DNA of 64,000 nt, taken from the NCBI GenBank assembly GCA_964016885.1, contig OZ024745.1, positions 15,748,001 through 15,812,000 of the forward strand, read 5' to 3'. The notes under the pieces are model-generated. The model was not told the DNA's origin, searched no databases, and was given only the letters and a program-made list of their open reading frames with translations. This DNA is from Eledone cirrhosa. Its lineage: Eukaryota. A program made the position numbers and the translations under genes. The number at the start of each line of letters is the position of its first letter. The stretch's first letter is position 1. Positions 62,060 to 64,000 of the stretch are shown one piece after another.

Positions 62060-62650
62060 AACATAGTGAGGCTCGGCATCCGGATCTGCCAACCACACCA
62101 ATGTCGCTGTGGTTCCACCGTGGACTCTTTCGGCCTACACCCGCTTTCCTGTCGCCACAGTGCCGGCCGTATTCCACGCCATGCTGCCCTCAACGAGGTC
62201 ATTAAGCTTGGCTTGGACGCTGCAGTCTTCCCTTCCTACCTTGAGCCGGTGGGGCTGGATCGAGGGGACGGCAAAAGGCCAGATGGCATGACCATCTTCC
62301 CGTTCCGTGGTGGCAAACCCCTCGTCTGGGATGCCACTTGCACCGACACTTTCTGCAGCCACAACCTGGTGCAGTCTGCGACTGACCCAGGTTCTGCTGC
62401 ACGTCGGGCTGAGGGGGTCAAACTCCTCAAATACCGGTCGCTCTCCGACAGGTTTGCGGTCGTACCCCTGGCAGTAGAGACTTCTGGTGTCCTCGATCCC
62501 AGGGCTACCTTCTTACTCACCACCATAGGTGCTGAGCTGGCCAGCCGCAGGTGTGATCCCCGCCAGTTGGAATGGCTTTTCTAGCGCGTCTCCCTTGCCG
62601 TCCTCCGGGAAAACGCCTTCTCCATTCTGTCCGCCGGGGCTACGGATGGG
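62060..62650 (+). mobile_element. CRE-like LINE 3' fragment (CCHC plus RLE)
   Basis: CRCG...HPLSC...RHAALN...GKRPDG...VWDATCTDT...PLAVETSG. Confidence 0.85.
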
Positions 62651-62770
62651 CCTCATCGCGTACCGTTGTAGTTGTTGTATACAGATATTAACTCATCAAT
62701 CCCTTTGTCCTAATGGAAAATATTATAGGTCGGATAACAGACGTATATATATATATATTCCTATGTGGAT

Positions 62771-62842
<72 letters not shown>

Positions 62843-63052
62843 TACGATGGACACATGTGCTGAGCTCGCTCGGTAAGTTTCGTTTAAATTTATCTGGAAA
62901 TTGTGAACTGTAAACTTTCATTTTCGTACCATTTTGTAGAGGGACTGCCAGGTCAAATTTTGATCTGGTCAGTCTCTCAAAATATTCTACGCCTTTAGGC
63001 GAAATAGTGTTGTAAACATTTTATCTTTCGAAAAATTTCGAAAAATCCTATT

Positions 63053-64000
63053 TTGAGAAAAATGGCTGAAGCATCTTCACCAACAATCAAAGAAAAAAAA
63101 GGGAAGTCATACTCACAACTTCCCCCTGCCACTGTCACAGCAGCAGATGCCAAAGGCAGAGGTCAGCCAGAGGAAGAATTTTCTTCACCTGTTGACCGAC
63201 AACTTGATGTAGCCACAACTATACAAGAAACTGAAAACAACAACAACAACGACAACAACAGCAACAATAAAGACAACAAAAACAACAACAACACAAACGT
63301 CACATATGTAGTAAACACTTCCTTTCGTAAAGAAAGGGAATGTCACACAACAAAAAATGAAAATAACAGCCCACAACAGACACCAAAAAATACAGAAAAT
63401 GAAAAAATTGAAAACACATCCAACAATACCAATCAAAAAGAAAAAAATGTCAACACAAACACCAAAGAAAATACAAACAACAGTGACAACAACAGCAAAA
63501 TTTATTTTGCTGATACCGTAAAAAAAACGGAAATATTTCAACTTTTGGATTTAACCAACGCGAAACAAAAGTTGGAAGATGCTAAACAATATGTGACTTT
63601 TGGACCCAATGGGTCATTTAGCATAAATTCACCACAAGAACTAAGGAGAGAAAATGCCCTGAACACGGTGGTTTTCAGGACAATCTCAAATGCATAAAAA
63701 AAACCAGCTCAACTATCTCAGAGTGAGAGTGAGCTAGTATTAAGGAACCACATGCATAACATTTTATTTATTCAGAAAGCCAAACCCATTTTACATTTTT
63801 CCCTACATACATGGGAAAAAGAACGCAAAAAATAAAAATTACATGTATAAGACCCAAAGTAGATAGTTGGTGGATACTTTATGGCCTAATTGACCTTGAA
63901 CAAGACACTTTGATCTCAGTAGGAAAATCCTCCAGAGATATATTTAGTGGGACTAGCATCGAAATTCTGGTGCAGATGAGCCCAGAACGTATAATGAAAA
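63053..64000 (+). other. Asn/Lys-rich ORF, possibly the degenerate ORF1 N-terminus of a LINE running off the window
   Basis: 214-aa non-microsatellite ORF downstream of (TATC)n; A-rich sense strand; no diagnostic motif. Confidence 0.3.

Overview
AT-rich animal DNA made almost entirely of repeats. The SINE families and the density of (TA)n/(CA)n/(TACA)n microsatellites suggest an octopod cephalopod (inference). I found no host protein-coding exon, and most ORF-track entries are translated microsatellites. The real coding remnants are retroelements: Penelope-like elements (PLEs, one near full length at about 32.8-37.65 kb), a Tx1/L1-like LINE, R4/Dong-like RLE LINEs next to (CATA)n, CRE-like fragments and RTE fragments, plus SINEs and MITEs. 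The main hidden signal is catalytic RNA. Manual folding gives about 24 complete or near-complete type I hammerhead ribozyme (HHR) motifs from about 11 sequence families, several with non-canonical cores. It also gives a non-coding 316-bp tandem array (7126-8204) with one extended HHR per unit, a candidate retrozyme/circular-RNA generator, and one HDV-like ribozyme candidate (52572-52727). Many HHR-bearing termini sit as fold-back inverted repeats inside (TA)n tracts. All folds were done by eye and none has been tested.
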